This document shows positions 44,060-58,640 of a stretch of DNA of 64,000 nucleotides, piece by piece. Made by a program: the position numbers and the translations under genes. Each line of letters opens with the position of its first letter. Position 1 is the stretch's first letter. Where the stretch lies: assembly GCA_951406725.2 (NCBI GenBank), contig OX597814.1, positions 32,426,001 to 32,490,000 of the forward strand, read 5' to 3'. The stretch is from Octopus vulgaris. Taxonomy: Eukaryota. Under the pieces are notes generated by a model, which searched no databases, was not told the origin of the DNA, and was given only the letters and a program-made list of their open reading frames with translations.

Positions 44060-44312
44060 AACAGAGCCGAGGGCGGGGGAATATATGGCAGTCCTCATCA
44101 AAACCAAACCATAAAACATTAAAAAAGAGAAATGAGTAAAGAAAAGAAGAAAAAAAATATGTACCTGGTTTAACCCTCTTTTTTCTAGATGCGTGTTTTT
44201 CTCTTGCGTGTTTACCGAGCAGGCTGATTGGCTGGTTAGCTGGCAAGCTAACTAGCTAGTTATTAGGCCATAGGACATGATCTTGTCTTTCTGCAATAGC
44301 CGCCATATTTAT
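44060..44312. promoter_or_regulatory. Promoter-like motif cluster (GC box, inverted CCAAT, YY1-type motif)
   Basis: GAGGGCGGGG at about 44069, CTGATTGGCT at about 44224 and GCCGCCATATT at about 44299, in repeat-free DNA. Confidence 0.35.
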
Positions 44313-45212
44313 GATGGTAATAGAACGGACAAGGAATAAGAGTAAATTTTCAGATTGAAGCTATATATTATCCCAGATTCTGCGAATCTTTCTGAGTTGC
44401 TATATTCTACATTTTTTTAAAAATTAATGGTTTTTATCTGTATTTGTTATATTTTCTGTATTTTTTCTGTATTTGTTCTCTTTATTATTTAACCCAAGGC
44501 ATGTTTAATAGGCGCCATTCACGATCGATTTAATGGTATTGAAAGAGCGGTCTAGGTTTATTTTAACTGAAAATTACTAAGAACATGTCTCGAGGCTGAT
44601 TTTGTCCTTTGCCACTCCCGACTCTTTTAGTCTGTTCTTACTTTTCACTATTTTTTTTTCAAAAAAGGTATTGCTGAATTGAATAAATAATAAATAATAA
44701 ATCAATTGAATACACATTTATACTCATGCACACGCACTCTCATTCAGGCATAGATGTATAGGTGTAATTACATACAAAGATGGACGCACGTGTAGATACA
44801 TATATAAACATACTACGCATATATCCACACGTGCACACGCACGCACACACAAACAAACAAACAAACACGACAACGTCCACATATGCGCATATACATACAT
44901 ACTAACTTACACAAGCATAATCATTGTTTCATAGGTTGATACAGCCGCTTACAGTTACATGCATACGTATGCCTATTCACGTGCACGTATTCATGTAAGT
45001 ATAAATACGAACATATCCAACAATACAAGCCATGTTCAGCTATACTCACAAACACATACAAGTGTATGTGCTGCTATTTTTAAAGCATAGAGACACACAA
45101 AATTCATTGAGGCACACTTAGAAAACTATACGTTTAAAATGTCTGTAAGATGTATATAAAATCAAAAAGCAAACTGAAAAATACGTTTAAAATATATATA
45201 AAAATTCACATA

Positions 45213-45374
45213 GGAACAGGCGTGGCTGTGTGGTAAGAAACTTGCTTCCCAGCTACATGGTTCCGGGTTCAGTCCCACTGAGTGACACCTTGGGTAAGTG
45301 GCTTCTGCTATAGCCTCGGGCAGACCAAAGCCTTGTGAGTGGATTTGGTAGGCGGAAACTGGAAGGAGCCTGTC

Positions 45375-45427
<53 letters not shown>

Positions 45428-45657
45428 TATGTGTCTGTATGTGTGTGTGTGTGTTTGTCGTCCCCCCCCACGCCATCGTTTGGCAACTGATTCTGTGTGT
45501 TTATGTCCTTAGCAGTTTGACGAAAGAGGCCGATAGAATAAGTTCTAGGCTTATGAATAAGTCCTGGGATCGATTTATTTTTCTACTAGAAACTCTTGAA
45601 GGCGGTGTCCGAGCATGGCTGCAGTGAAAAGCCTGAACCAAGTAAAAGAGTAAAAGA
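45213..45657 (+). mobile_element. SINE family A copy
   Basis: Collinear with 32778-33192. Confidence 0.8.
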
Positions 45658-46719
45658 ATATGATAATACAGCGAGATGCTGTTGGGCATATCTATGAGGT
45701 ACAAATATAACACAGTCATGGGAACACTTCACTTTGTTTCTGTGTGCCATGGTTACATTTCATTTCGTTCCTCATCGCGCTAACTCACACTAAGTTATTT
45801 CTGCCTCTCTTACTCCAACACCACTTGCTCATCCTTATCATCCTTTCTCTTATTATGGGCTAATACAAATCATAAATATATAATTTTCACCTGTGTATTA
45901 TATAAATGGAATAGTATTTTTTTACTTCTTATATTTACATGTTTATGTTTTTATATGGCCTTGTGGTTAGGGTATTGTATTAATGATCGCTAGATCATAG
46001 GTTTCGATTCCTGGACCGGGCAGCATGCTGTGCTCATTTCACGTGGCTCCAGTCTAATCTGTATTTCTTCGGTTAACATGCATGTTTATTAGAGCATTTG
46101 TGTAGGATTCAAGGTTCCCATAATTCATTGTATGACATTTGTAAGATGGAAGGCATTATCTATCATATTACTTGACAAATATGACAATGCAGACACAACC
46201 ACTCAAATACATACAACTCTATAGGCATGAGAACGAAAACATAATGTAATTAGAGAAAACACTTGTTAATTCATATGTGCGTGCACATACACACACACAC
46301 ACACACAAATGGGTAACCCTGGGATTGAATAGCCTCCCGATCAAGGAGAACGTTGGCCCGCTCGCCTAACCAGAGAGGTGGCGTCATTCATAAGCTAAAA
46401 GAAAGCGAAGTGCATTGTGACTAGTGATGTATGACAATATCCAATAATCTGGTCGATACTGTGACACCGTGATGTTTTCATATATGCTCTTTTACATGTG
46501 TGCTTACACTTTTCTTAGCTAAAAAATATTTTGTTAATGCATGTGTGTGTATGTTATGTTACATCTGAGTACATTTGCTAAATTAAGGTGAAATATTTAA
46601 ATGTCTGATTTGAATGTTTATTAACCAGTTTAATATTAGGCTCTTTTTCTGCAAATTCGTCCATACAGTGAAGAAATGTTTCTCAAAATATACATATGCA
46701 CTAAGTGTATATCTATGTG

Positions 46720-46732
46720 TAAGCTCGTCGTA

Positions 46733-46793
<61 letters not shown>

Positions 46794-46832
46794 TATTTAT
46801 ATATATATATATATAATATATATATTTATATA

Positions 46833-46886
<54 letters not shown>

Positions 46887-47109
46887 GTGTGTATATATGT
46901 TTGTGTGTCTGTGTTTGTCCCCCCAACATCGCTTGACAACCGATGGTGGTGTGTTTACGCCCCCGTAACTTAGCGGTTCGGCAAAAAGGAAGCGATAGAA
47001 TAAGTACTAGGCTTCCAAAGAATAAGTCCTGGGATCGATTTGCTTGACTAAAGGCGGTGCTCCAGCATGGCCACAGTCAAATAACTGAAACAAGCAATAG
47101 AGTAAAAGA
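46720..47109 (+). mobile_element. SINE family A, 5'-truncated
   Basis: Starts at AAGCTCGTCG, then a microsatellite and a well-conserved 3' half. Confidence 0.75.
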
Positions 47110-47966
47110 TTATATGCATATGTGGATGCATCGGAAATTTCTCCTCTCAGAGTTTTAATTCACAGAAAGTTAGATTCAACACTTTATGCTGCCACATCCT
47201 GCACCTCCTCCATCGACTCCACATCCTGATGAGTCGACCAATCATAGCTCATCCTCTGATCACTGTGTCATTTGGTCATTTTAAAACTTTTGTTATTAAT
47301 AGAGAATGCCAACTGTCTGCAGCTTATGTTACTAGATAATGCAGGATTATCTGAAGATAATAATTAATAAAGGGCACTTTTAAGTCTGCGTAGCAACTCT
47401 GTTGTAATTTGCTTTTATATTGTGTATTCAGGTGAAACCTTTCGTAACGTAGAGTAATTGCTTAGATTAACCAAATAATATTGGCTGAAGGCAGGCATTT
47501 AGTACATTAGGAGGCATGGATAGTTAATGTGAATAGTGTCTATACCACTCTATTCCCTTCTTCCCCCCTCTCTCTCACTCTCACTCCCTCTCTCTCTCTC
47601 TATCTATCTATCTATCTTTCTATTTATCTATTTCTGTATTTCTATCTTCGGTTAACATGCATGATTGTAAGAGCGATTGTGTAGGACTCAAGATTCCCAC
47701 AATATATCGTATGACGTTTGTAAGATGGAAGTAATTATCATCTATCATATTACTTGACAGTGCAGACCCGTACATATGCAGACACAACCACTCCAATAAA
47801 TGCATACATACAATTCTATAGAGCAGAACGAAAGTAGTGATACAATTACAGAAACACTTGTTAATTCATACATGCATACATACATACATACATACATACA
47901 TACATACATACATACATACATACATACATACATACATACATACATACATACACACATACATACATA

Positions 47967-48244
47967 GGACTATAAGATCTTAAGGTTTAAAGGATGGTAG
48001 TTAAAACAAGATGCTTTCCATCACAACCTTGCTACCAAGTAGGTGACCGGTCAAAATTTGTTCTGAATTAAAAAATGAAAGAGAACAAATATACATACAT
48101 ACATACATACAGGGGACTATAAGATCTTAAGGTTTAAAGGATGGGGGTTAAAACAAGATGCTTTCCATCACAACCTTGCTACCAAGTAGGTGACCGGTCA
48201 AAATTTGTTCTGAATTAAAAAATAAAAGAGAACATACATACATA
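47967..48244 (+). repeat. Tandem duplication, 2 x about 120 bp unique unit separated by (CATA)n
   Basis: GGACTATAAGATCTTAAGG...AAAGAGAACA at about 47967 and 48113. Confidence 0.9.
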
Positions 48245-48517
48245 GTTTCAATTCTCTATGCTAAGACTTTAAGTCCCGCCGATATCAAATTTTACCTTAC
48301 ATTCTGTTAAGGTCGACAAATAAAGTTCTGGGATAGACTTTCTCCTTCTCTACGTGTTTCTTTCTATCTGTCTGACTATCTGTATTCTGGAAGAACTAGC
48401 AGTGGTCAATCTTGTCGAGGGTTAAGCTTCGCCACTTTACAATTACCCAAGATGCACCGTATGTCTCGTCGGTGTCCCTAGAACATCATCAAGGTTTTGA
48501 GTCCTACGTCCAAAGCA

Positions 48518-48562
<45 letters not shown>

Positions 48563-49921
48563 TGTGTGTGTGTGTGTGTGTCTCTGTGTGTTTATCCCAC
48601 CCCAATAGTCCTACTAGTTATAACAATTTTTTCCAACCTTGACACAATGACAGAAATTTAGAATGTGAGGACCCTGATTATTCATTGATACACTTTTTTA
48701 TTGATCCCAGAAAGGTGAAATTCAAAGTTGAAACTGGCGGAATTTGAACTCAGAATATGAAGTGAGTTAACTAAATACAATATGTGTCTACCCCTCTACC
48801 GATTCACCCATGATAATAATGATGAATCATCTAAAAAAAAAAAAAAAAAAAAAAAAAGAACAGTGGCAAAAGAAATTATAACGAAAAAATTAAAACATTT
48901 AAAGACTCACAATAAATTCAATTAGAAATATAGGAAAATAGAATGCATTTAAAATTAAAAACGACTCACCTCTCTTTACTATATGTCTATTTATCTGGTC
49001 AAAACAACTATATTTTATAAGCTAAATCTGTAAAAATGTTAAGTAACTTACGAGACTAATCTAAAACTAATATGCAATTACTGCAACCTAAACATACCAA
49101 TACGACAATTATAATTCTTCTGTGTGTTTACATAACAGCAATGTATGCATGCATGGTTTCATGGCACATGTGAACGAGCATTTTATAAAGGTTAAATGGC
49201 GTAGCTAGTCTACTTCAGCATTGCGTTGCAGACACAGGCACACATATGTTCTCACATGCACATGATCAATACGGACTATGGAGGAGTGGTGTAATTTGCA
49301 GCTAATAAATAGTGAAGCAACAAGTAACTGTTTCGAGCTCTGTCTGGGGATACTCTATGTCCATTAATTAATTAATTTCTTTCTTTATATGATAATATTT
49401 ATTCTAAATGAAATGAGTCAAAAGAAAAAAATATGTTGGCTTAGTATTATTTACATTATCTTATTCACAAACATATATACAAAGCGCACAAATACACACG
49501 CTCACTCTTACTTACACAAAAATATATGCATACACAAGCATTCCCCTCCCTCCCTTCCTCCTTCCTCCCTTTTCTCACTACTGACCTTTGTCTGCTATGC
49601 TGCTGCTATGCTGACCACCGTCTCGCCCTACCTCACACGCCTACACACAGACGCACACACTAACACATACATATATTTTTTGTTTTTTTACCTCGCCTCA
49701 CACACACACATACACACACGCACACGCACACACTCACACATACACACACATCTGTTGCGTTACCAACCTTGTCTCCACTCTTTTGCCTTTAAAAACCCAC
49801 TTTGCTCTTGTTATCGTAAACATCCGCCTTTCACCATGTGCTACTGCTAACACCAGCCGTTTTTTTCTCTATCTCCGTTGCCCGCTCCGGGATCTTTCTT
49901 TCCTCTCTCTTCCTTCTTTAT

Positions 49922-49956
49922 GTTTCCGACGAAGAGCTCCGCTCGAAACGTCATAC
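49922..49956 (+). ncRNA. Hammerhead-like motif with a core substitution (CCGACGA)
   Basis: Reads GUUU-CCGACGA-A-GAGC-UCC-GCUC-GAAA-CG-UC-AUAC. It shares the downstream ..CTGAGCG..TAATA context with the 8.2 kb and 58.6 kb copies. Confidence 0.5.
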
Positions 49957-50042
49957 CTCCCTGCTTCCATTTCCTGAGCGCCTATTAATAATAATACTGT
50001 AATTGTTCCCTTGTTGTTGTTTTTTTGTTTCCCGTTTGGATT

Positions 50043-50080
<38 letters not shown>

Positions 50081-50778
50081 ATAAAAACGGTAAGACAACA
50101 TCATGACTATCGAATAATTGTCACATTTTACATTTACAGATATATATATATATATATGTATATATGCCAGTTTAAAAGTGGAGAAAATAATTCATATACG
50201 TCTGTCAGCGTGTGCTAAACCATTTTTATATATTTTTCAAGGTTTTTTTTTAATTCTCTGTACATTTAACAGCCATAGCACTTACTCCCAACTCGAACGT
50301 AAATTGAGAATTAATTGACAATAGTATAGAAAATTGAATTTGTTTTGTCATAAAGAGTCATGGGATACGAGTTCGACTCTGCCATAGATCATTTAGTAAA
50401 TTTTTTACTATTTCTGTTAATTTTTTTTCTTTGTTGACAGTCATTGTATTTAATCTTTCTATATTTCTACACACACACACACGCTTATATAAATGTGTGT
50501 GTGCGTGCATGTCTGTGTATGTGTGTGTGTATATGTTTGTGCACATAAACATTCATAAACTTTAAATATACTCTCACTCTTGCATTGTCGCCCCTCTGTT
50601 TCATCTATTAGTTAGAAATAAAAAGAGCAGCACTAACCCTATCTAAGATTAATTAAAATCTCATTAAGCATTTCTCCCTCAAACACAGTTTAAGTACCTT
50701 CAAATTTGTGACATATATTGTCATTTTCAATTCATAAACACACTAACAATTAGTGTTCGATATGCTCCTCATAATATT

Positions 50779-50988
50779 GGCAGAAACGTTAGCACGCCGG
50801 GCGAAATGCGTAGCCGTATTCCGTCTGCCGTTACGTTCTGAGTTCAAATTCCGCCGAGGTCGACTTTGCCTTTGATCCTTTCGGGGTCGATAAATAAAGT
50901 ACCAGTTACGCACTGGGGTCGATATAATCGACTTAATCCCTTTGCTTGTCCCCTCTATGTTTAGCCCCTTGTGGGCAATAAAGAAATA
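50779..50988 (+). mobile_element. SINE family B young copy
   Basis: Near-identical to 58003-58230. Confidence 0.85.
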
Positions 50989-51326
50989 TATATTATTTTA
51001 AACAAAGATTATATTAAATATATAATTATATTTACATGGTTGGGTGCCTAAGTGACGGGCTATATGTATATATTTATGCAGTTATTTCTATATATATATA
51101 TATAAATAACAGACAGGATCGATTATTTAATAGTTTTGATGACTGACAATGAGGTTTAGAAGTATAGGAAGGCATAGTTTATTTATATGGGTATTGCATA
51201 TCACTTGACTTTATAAAAAGTTCGAAGAATGCACAATGTCTCTGCTATTCTATATTACTCGAGAAAGAAAAGAAATATATGTCTGTATACACATGGATAC
51301 AGACATACATGAATACACACACACAT

Positions 51327-51359
<33 letters not shown>

Positions 51360-51380
51360 CACACACACGAGGATTTAGGG

Positions 51381-51587
51381 CAGGGGTGGGAAAAATACGG
51401 CCCGCCATAGGTTTTCATGCGGCCCGCCGAGAGGAATATTTCACAAAATTTCCTTTCAATCAATTGTGTGTTTATAGGTCTGTAACCGCCTTCAAAAATA
51501 TTTTCACTTGATTTTTATAAATGAGGCCCGCCAAGGTTCCAAAGACGCACTGTGTGGCCCGCGATCAAAAAAGTTCGCCCACCCCTG
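51381..51587. mobile_element. hAT (Charlie/MER58-like) MITE
   Basis: TIRs CAGGGGTGGG../..CCCACCCCTG, internal GGCCCGC repeats and an 8-bp TSD (ATTTAGGG / TTTTAGGG). Confidence 0.85.
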
Positions 51588-51810
51588 TTTTAGGGGTATT
51601 GGAAAGGTATAGTTGGTGGCCCAACCTTCCGAGTTCTTCTACAGATCTTAGAAAATCTGACGGACCGCTGTCATAAGTGCGTGAATCTGAGAGGAGAATA
51701 TGCTGAATAAAATCATAATTAACTGATCCTCCTGTTTTACTTTTTACTGAAAGAAAAGAATATTTCAGTAACCCCTTGTATGTATGTATGTATGTATGTA
51801 TGTATGTATG

Positions 51811-51903
<93 letters not shown>

Positions 51904-52175
51904 ATGTCATCGGGATATCTTTAATCATATTAAGAAAAACAAATTCAAGTAATCGATATCGAGGAGTGAAGGGTGCCTGAAATTGGGTATTTGTAAAGAT
52001 ATATATACATTAACAAAGGCACATAGACACGCACACACATAATATATATGTATATACACCAACAAACACTCTTTAATTTCTCTCTATCCTCTATTTCTCT
52101 GTCGCTCTTTATACATACATATATGCATTTAAATATATATATATAAGTATATATATACGTACACATATGTGTGCA

Positions 52176-52223
<48 letters not shown>

Positions 52224-53417
52224 CATTTGCACCTAGATATAATTATGCATGCACACATATAATATATTATATTATATAATATTTCCACTTAGTAGGAACC
52301 ATAACTAGTTGTTATAAGTAAATGAAGTATAGCGGAATATATTCAAATATACTTACAGATATACGTATAATGAAGTATCGGAAAATTAGATTCAAGAAGT
52401 GATCGATTTCCAGGAATGAAGGGCGCCTGAAATTAGTTATTTCTAAATGAATATACACTTCTAATGAAGTATGTTTGTAAGCTCAAACGGTCTGTATCTC
52501 GAATTCACTGGCACACTTACTTTTGAACTTGTATATAAACAAGAAAATAAGTCCAGGTTATAACATTAATTGATAAATAAACTGTAAAAGAGTTTTTTGT
52601 GAGCGCATTCATTGTTTTACAGTTGTTATTGCTATGGTAAACTGCGCGCACATAAGTAAGTAACAGTGTGTCATTTTATATACCTTCATCGGAGTCGTAA
52701 TATGAAGGGCAGTCAAGAAGTTATAAGTCGTCACAATATCTCTTAATACTGAGTGCAAAGTTTCTTATAGCGAAACTAAGTATTATTACGTAATTGCTAT
52801 TTTTTTAATTAATATATGTATGTAAAGGCATTCAAATATTGATCAAAGTAATTAATGTAGGATCTAGGGAGAGGTGATATCAAGTTGGGATGCTGAAAAT
52901 ATAGAGACAGCCTTTGCTTTCTTTGGGTAGATATGGTTTGGAGGTCGATAGTACAACTGGTAATGTATCAACGGTAAAAAAAAATACATAGGGGGTTGCA
53001 TGATGGTGAGTGACTTGTTTCAACTGCAGTTTCGGCACTTTAGGTATCATCTATAATGTTTGTAGATGGTAAATCTTTTCAGATATGTTGTCACTTATGT
53101 AATGGGATGACTACTTTGTGTGTGTGTGTGTGTGTGCATTTACGAATTGTATGTGTACGGTGTGTGTGTGTGTTATCTAGCACAAAGACTTTCTTCATAC
53201 AGACAGGCTGATGTGCAGTGTTTTTGTACGGGTTAAGTGTGGGCTCTCCTGAGCGACAGTCAATGCTCAAAGCTACAGGGTCGATTTATTTGTAAAAAGG
53301 AAATTTTGATATTGCGATTCGGCTGGTTTAGTGTTGTATGTGGTAAGACGCCTTAGAGATATACATAAATACACACACGTTCAACACACAGACACACAGA
53401 CACACACACGCGCGCAC

Positions 53418-53471
<54 letters not shown>

Positions 53472-53544
53472 GTGTGTGTGTGAGTCTAAGTGTGTGTGTG
53501 TGTGTGTGTTTATGTGTGTGTGTGTTCACATATCCAGATATGCC

Positions 53545-53614
<70 letters not shown>

Positions 53615-53773
53615 TATATACACAGATATAGACACAGTGTATATGTGAAGACACACGCACACACAAACATACACACACACACACACAGACACTTATATAT
53701 ATACATATAATTTACAATCGTGTATTTATAGAGGCAGACAGACAGACAGATAAATAGATAGATAGCTAAATAA

Positions 53774-53830
<57 letters not shown>

Positions 53831-53831
53831 C

Positions 53832-53908
<77 letters not shown>

Positions 53909-54281
53909 CTAGCTCAATTGTTTTTCCAATAACATAATAACTTATCGATAGTATTCTACTATAAACACATGATGTTCTCTTCCCTTGTTTTTTTTGTTTT
54001 TATTATTGTTGTCATGGTCACCGTCAACATATTTTTGTTTTTCTATATAACCATATAAGTACTTTCCCAACCAATTTGATAACATCCTGTGGTTTATTAT
54101 TGAAATTGTTTTACATTGTTTTATTTCGTTCTTGTTATTTGTTGTTATTGTACTTTTATCTGTGCTAGACAAAATATCACCCAGGAGGTTAATACAAGCT
54201 GGATATATCATACTTATAACAATACGTTTCTTTTGCAATGTATAATTATTATATATTTCAATTGTATTAATTATACATGTG

Positions 54282-54334
<53 letters not shown>

Positions 54335-54410
54335 GCACATATATATATATACATACACACACACACACACATATATATATATATTTCTGTGTGCATGTAC
54401 CAATCTCTCC

Positions 54411-54452
<42 letters not shown>

Positions 54453-54820
54453 TGTAGCTTCTTCGCTTTTTGTCATGTTATATTCAGTTTGTATTGTAAC
54501 AGTTTCTTTCTTCAGAATACATTTGCCTTTCATCGCTTCACTGTTCAGTACCAGTTGAGTACTAGGGTCGATGTAATCGACTTACCCTCTCCTCAGAAGT
54601 TACTGGCCTTGTGCCAAAATTTGAAATCAATATTAATATGAATTGTTGAGATGGACTTAGGTTTCATTCACATAATTTTAAATAGTGTATGTTCAAGTCA
54701 TATGCTGTTTAAAATTTGCCTGTGTATGGAACCGACCCACTTTATTTCTCTTTATCTCTTCCCTCTCTCTTTCTTTCTCTCCCTCTTCCTTTCTCTGTCT
54801 GTGTCTCTATCTCCATATGT

Positions 54821-54878
<58 letters not shown>

Positions 54879-54978
54879 AGATAGATATAAAAAAGAAAAT
54901 CTACATACATGAAGGTATGTGGGGTAGGTATAGGCTGGTGCTTTAGTTTTCATCTCTACCCACCTATCGATTTATATG

Positions 54979-55044
<66 letters not shown>

Positions 55045-55892
55045 TATGTATAAATCCATATACACACACACAGTCTGCTCAAGATCTTCGTTCCGAAGTG
55101 GAATATACTTTCACGCATATATATATATATATATATATGTATATCAACACATACATATATATGTGTATGATACTGGTAGAATAAGTACTTGGGCCGATTC
55201 GTTCGGCTAAACTTCATCAAGACGTTACCACAGCATGGCCGCAGCATAATGAGTGAAACCAGTAAATAATATATGCATATATTTCATATAATATACACGC
55301 GCACATAGAATACAGACACATGCACATTCGCACATTACATTTTCCCTCCCATAACTTAGTGGGATAGTTCTGGTTCTGTCTCGCATTTCTCTCTCTTTTT
55401 CTCTTTCTCACTTACCTCCCCTCACATACACACACACACACACTCACCCTCCTCTCTCTCTCTCTCTTTCCTTTTTTTTTTTTTTTGAGGCGTGGCTAGA
55501 CATAATAAATTTATGGTTCAACATTGAATTGGAATCCAATTAAAATATATTTCTCTGTGTTGTATTTATGAAAAGGACTTTTTTTTTATCCTTGTTTCCT
55601 ATTATTTGTATTGATATAACAGTTTGAATGCCGTTTCAAATCTAGTCAACGTTGAATACTCAATACCTTTTTTTTTTTTTTTTTTTTTGTTATTTACTTA
55701 CATTTATTATTTTTTTTTTTTTTTCAAATATATATTCCCTATTATATCGGTTCAGCTCTTGGAAATAATTTATATATACCCCAAGCAGATTCGATCACTC
55801 GCTGCAGGATTAATATCGAAGAACAAATAATTTCTTCTATCCACCTTTAGAAATAGAAAATATTAATTAGGCACCGTTCCTGTGTGCGTGTG

Positions 55893-55997
<105 letters not shown>

Positions 55998-56187
55998 TGT
56001 ATGCGCGTACACCCGAACGAGAGCGTGCTGAAAATACAGAGGGATTCTTACACTTACTGCAGCGGTCCTTTAATTTACTTAGCCCTATTAAAGAACATGG
56101 AATGTTGGGCCTCTAGCCAGGCCTTTCGAGTTACTCTTAAAACCAGAAGCGTGTCAGCACTCTCTCGCGTGTGCATGTGTGCGTGTG

Positions 56188-56226
<39 letters not shown>

Positions 56227-56916
56227 CCCCGTGTGTGTGTATGTATGCTTGTATGTATGTATAACCGAACGTATGTATATACACACAGGTACCCATTTTT
56301 TTCCTTACTCTCATCCTATGGCACTGGTCATGCTGGGATGTGTGTGTGAGTGTGCGCGCGCCCGAACTATACCCCGTATTGCGTATGAATTAGACATTTC
56401 AGAGAAAGCTGGCTGGGGCACCAAATGCTCTTTGGGTTGATTTTGAATCGTTCCATAACAATTATTTTACGTTTCAGCATCCACGGCCCAAAATACAGTA
56501 TGCACCAAACCGGTGGTGTCACATTTAAACCAGAACAACCATTTTCTACCCTACATTGCCGAACGCGTTTAACCGCCAGCATCTCCTATTTTGTTACTGC
56601 AAATTATATTTATTTTGTTTTTACAAACTTGTAGTTGAATTTGTAAGTGGTTACCAGCATACAACAGGTGGTCTTAGTTCCGTTAGCCAACTTAGAACTA
56701 CTATGCGTTGGTAAAAATAATTGTTTATGATATTCTTGGTGTTGTTAGCACTAAACAGCTATAATCTCCTTGTCTTTATACAATTTTATTTTGGTGGATG
56801 GAAACATTTATTAGAAACACATTTTGAAACACACATCATCCTTACGCTCATCTCGCATCACCTTTTCTCTGAGACCGTTTACACATATACACACAGTAAC
56901 ACACTTGATTATAATG

Positions 56917-56959
<43 letters not shown>

Positions 56960-58002
56960 ATATCGTCCATTAGTCTGACAAAGCCAAAAGTCACTGTCAC
57001 CTTATCCAAGCAAAAATAAATGTGATTCACTATTTAAACATATTTCGTAATTATTCAGTTCATGTTTGACCTGGTTTTGTTTGAAACTGCATATAAAATT
57101 TAACCGGTAAATGACTTAAATAAAATCATGGATCTGAAAAATCTCCGTTCCCCATGTCATTATAAATACTATATATATATGATTTCAAATTCCGCCTAGG
57201 TCGACTTTGCCTTTCATTCTTTCGGGGGTCGATAAATTAAGTACCAGTTACGTACTGGAGTCGATCTAATCGACTGCCCCCACTCTCCCAAAAGAATTTC
57301 GGGCCACGTGCCTAGAGTAGAAAAGAATACTATATGTGTGTGTGTGTCTGTGTGTGTGTGTGTGTGTGTACATACATGAACATGCGCAAATGCTGCTTAT
57401 ATGGTGGCGTTGGCGAAAGCATTATAATTTTAAAGTGTATTATAATGTAGCAGTCAAGTATTCAAGTTTATATAAATGGTGGTACATTCTCTTAAATATG
57501 TGGCTTTTGATTTATAAATTTTCTAGATTTTTTAAAATATAATATTTATTCCTTTTGTTCTATGATGAATGTTATCTAAAACCTAGCTCCCAAACTTGTT
57601 TCATTGTAGTGAAAATTTAAATTGTTTTCAGTTTTGTCCCATAGCTAAATTAAAAGTCGAATACTTGTATGAAGTTAAATAGGGACCTGTAAAATAGTAT
57701 TAAATGCTAACTGAACCCTAAGAAGTTCCTTACTTTATAAAGGCTCTTATTTCTATTTCGTTGCATGAGTTCATTATTCATAATATTTTACTCGTGATGT
57801 TCCATAGTTAAGGTTGCTTAAAGTAGAATACTCAAACTTGATTTCTAAACGCTTCAAATTACTTCCAGGCCTTTCTTTCCATATTTCGGTGCGTAATATT
57901 TCTTTTTGTTTCATTATTAATCAATTATATCAGATTTCTTTAAATAAATAAGTTTGTTTAAAGTGTAACATTAGGCAATCGGGATTGTATCGCAAATAAT
58001 TA

Positions 58003-58230
58003 CGGCGAGCTGGCAGAAACGTTAGCACGCCGGGCGAAATGCGTAGCCGTATTTCGTCTGCCGTTACGTTCTGGGTTCAAATTCCGCCGAGGTCGACTTT
58101 GCCTTTCATCCTTTCGGGGTCGATAAATTAAGTACCAGTTACGCACTGGAGTCGATGTAATCGACTTAATCCGTTTGTCTGTCCTTGTTTATCCCCTCTG
58201 TGTTTATCCCCTTGTGGGTAGTAAAGAAAT
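58003..58230 (+). mobile_element. SINE family B young copy
   Basis: Full head GGCGAGCTGGCAGAAACGTTAG, B-box, core and tail ..GTAAAGAAATA. Confidence 0.85.
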
Positions 58231-58242
58231 ATATATATATAT

Positions 58243-58311
<69 letters not shown>

Positions 58312-58359
58312 AATAAATGAAAGAATGGAGTTGAACGACGAATTAACAAAATTCCCTTA

Positions 58360-58443
58360 TTCTCGACATATGTTTCGAAGGCTGCATATTCCTAATTTCG
58401 AAGGAATAAGGGGTGCATTATGCCGCCTTCTCATCAGAAAAAA
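58360..58443 (-). ncRNA. Minimal type I hammerhead ribozyme (Penelope-associated type)
   Basis: The minus strand reads UUUUU-CUGAUGA-GAAGGCGGCAU...AUGCAGCCUUC-GAAA-CAUAUG-UC-GAGAA. This gives an intact core, a paired stem II, a palindromic stem III (ACAUAUGU), a GUC cleavage triplet and a U/GAGAA stem I. Confidence 0.75.
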
Positions 58444-58602
58444 CAAGGAACTTATGTCAGCATCAAGATGAACAAAAACTTTTAGATGACTGCCCACACG
58501 GAGCCCATAGCGATAAATATATATATATATATATATATAACCCAACTCTGTTGTAGAAATTCTTTTCTCTCCTTGTTTCTCTCCTTGTTTCTTTTCTGTG
58601 TA

Positions 58603-58640
58603 TCTTTCTGTCGAAGAGCGTAGGCTCGAAACGTAAAAGA
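58603..58640 (+). ncRNA. Hammerhead-like motif with a core substitution (CUGUCGA)
   Basis: Reads UCUUU-CUGUCGA-A-GAGC-GUAG-GCUC-GAAA-CG-UA-AAAGA. Stems I and II are perfect, but the core has A6->U. Confidence 0.5.

Noticed and set aside
56478-56634. Acceptor TTTCAG followed by a phase-2-compatible open frame (SIHGPKYSMHQTGG..)
   Set aside because: No similarity to the expected BTB continuation and no supporting evidence beyond the acceptor.
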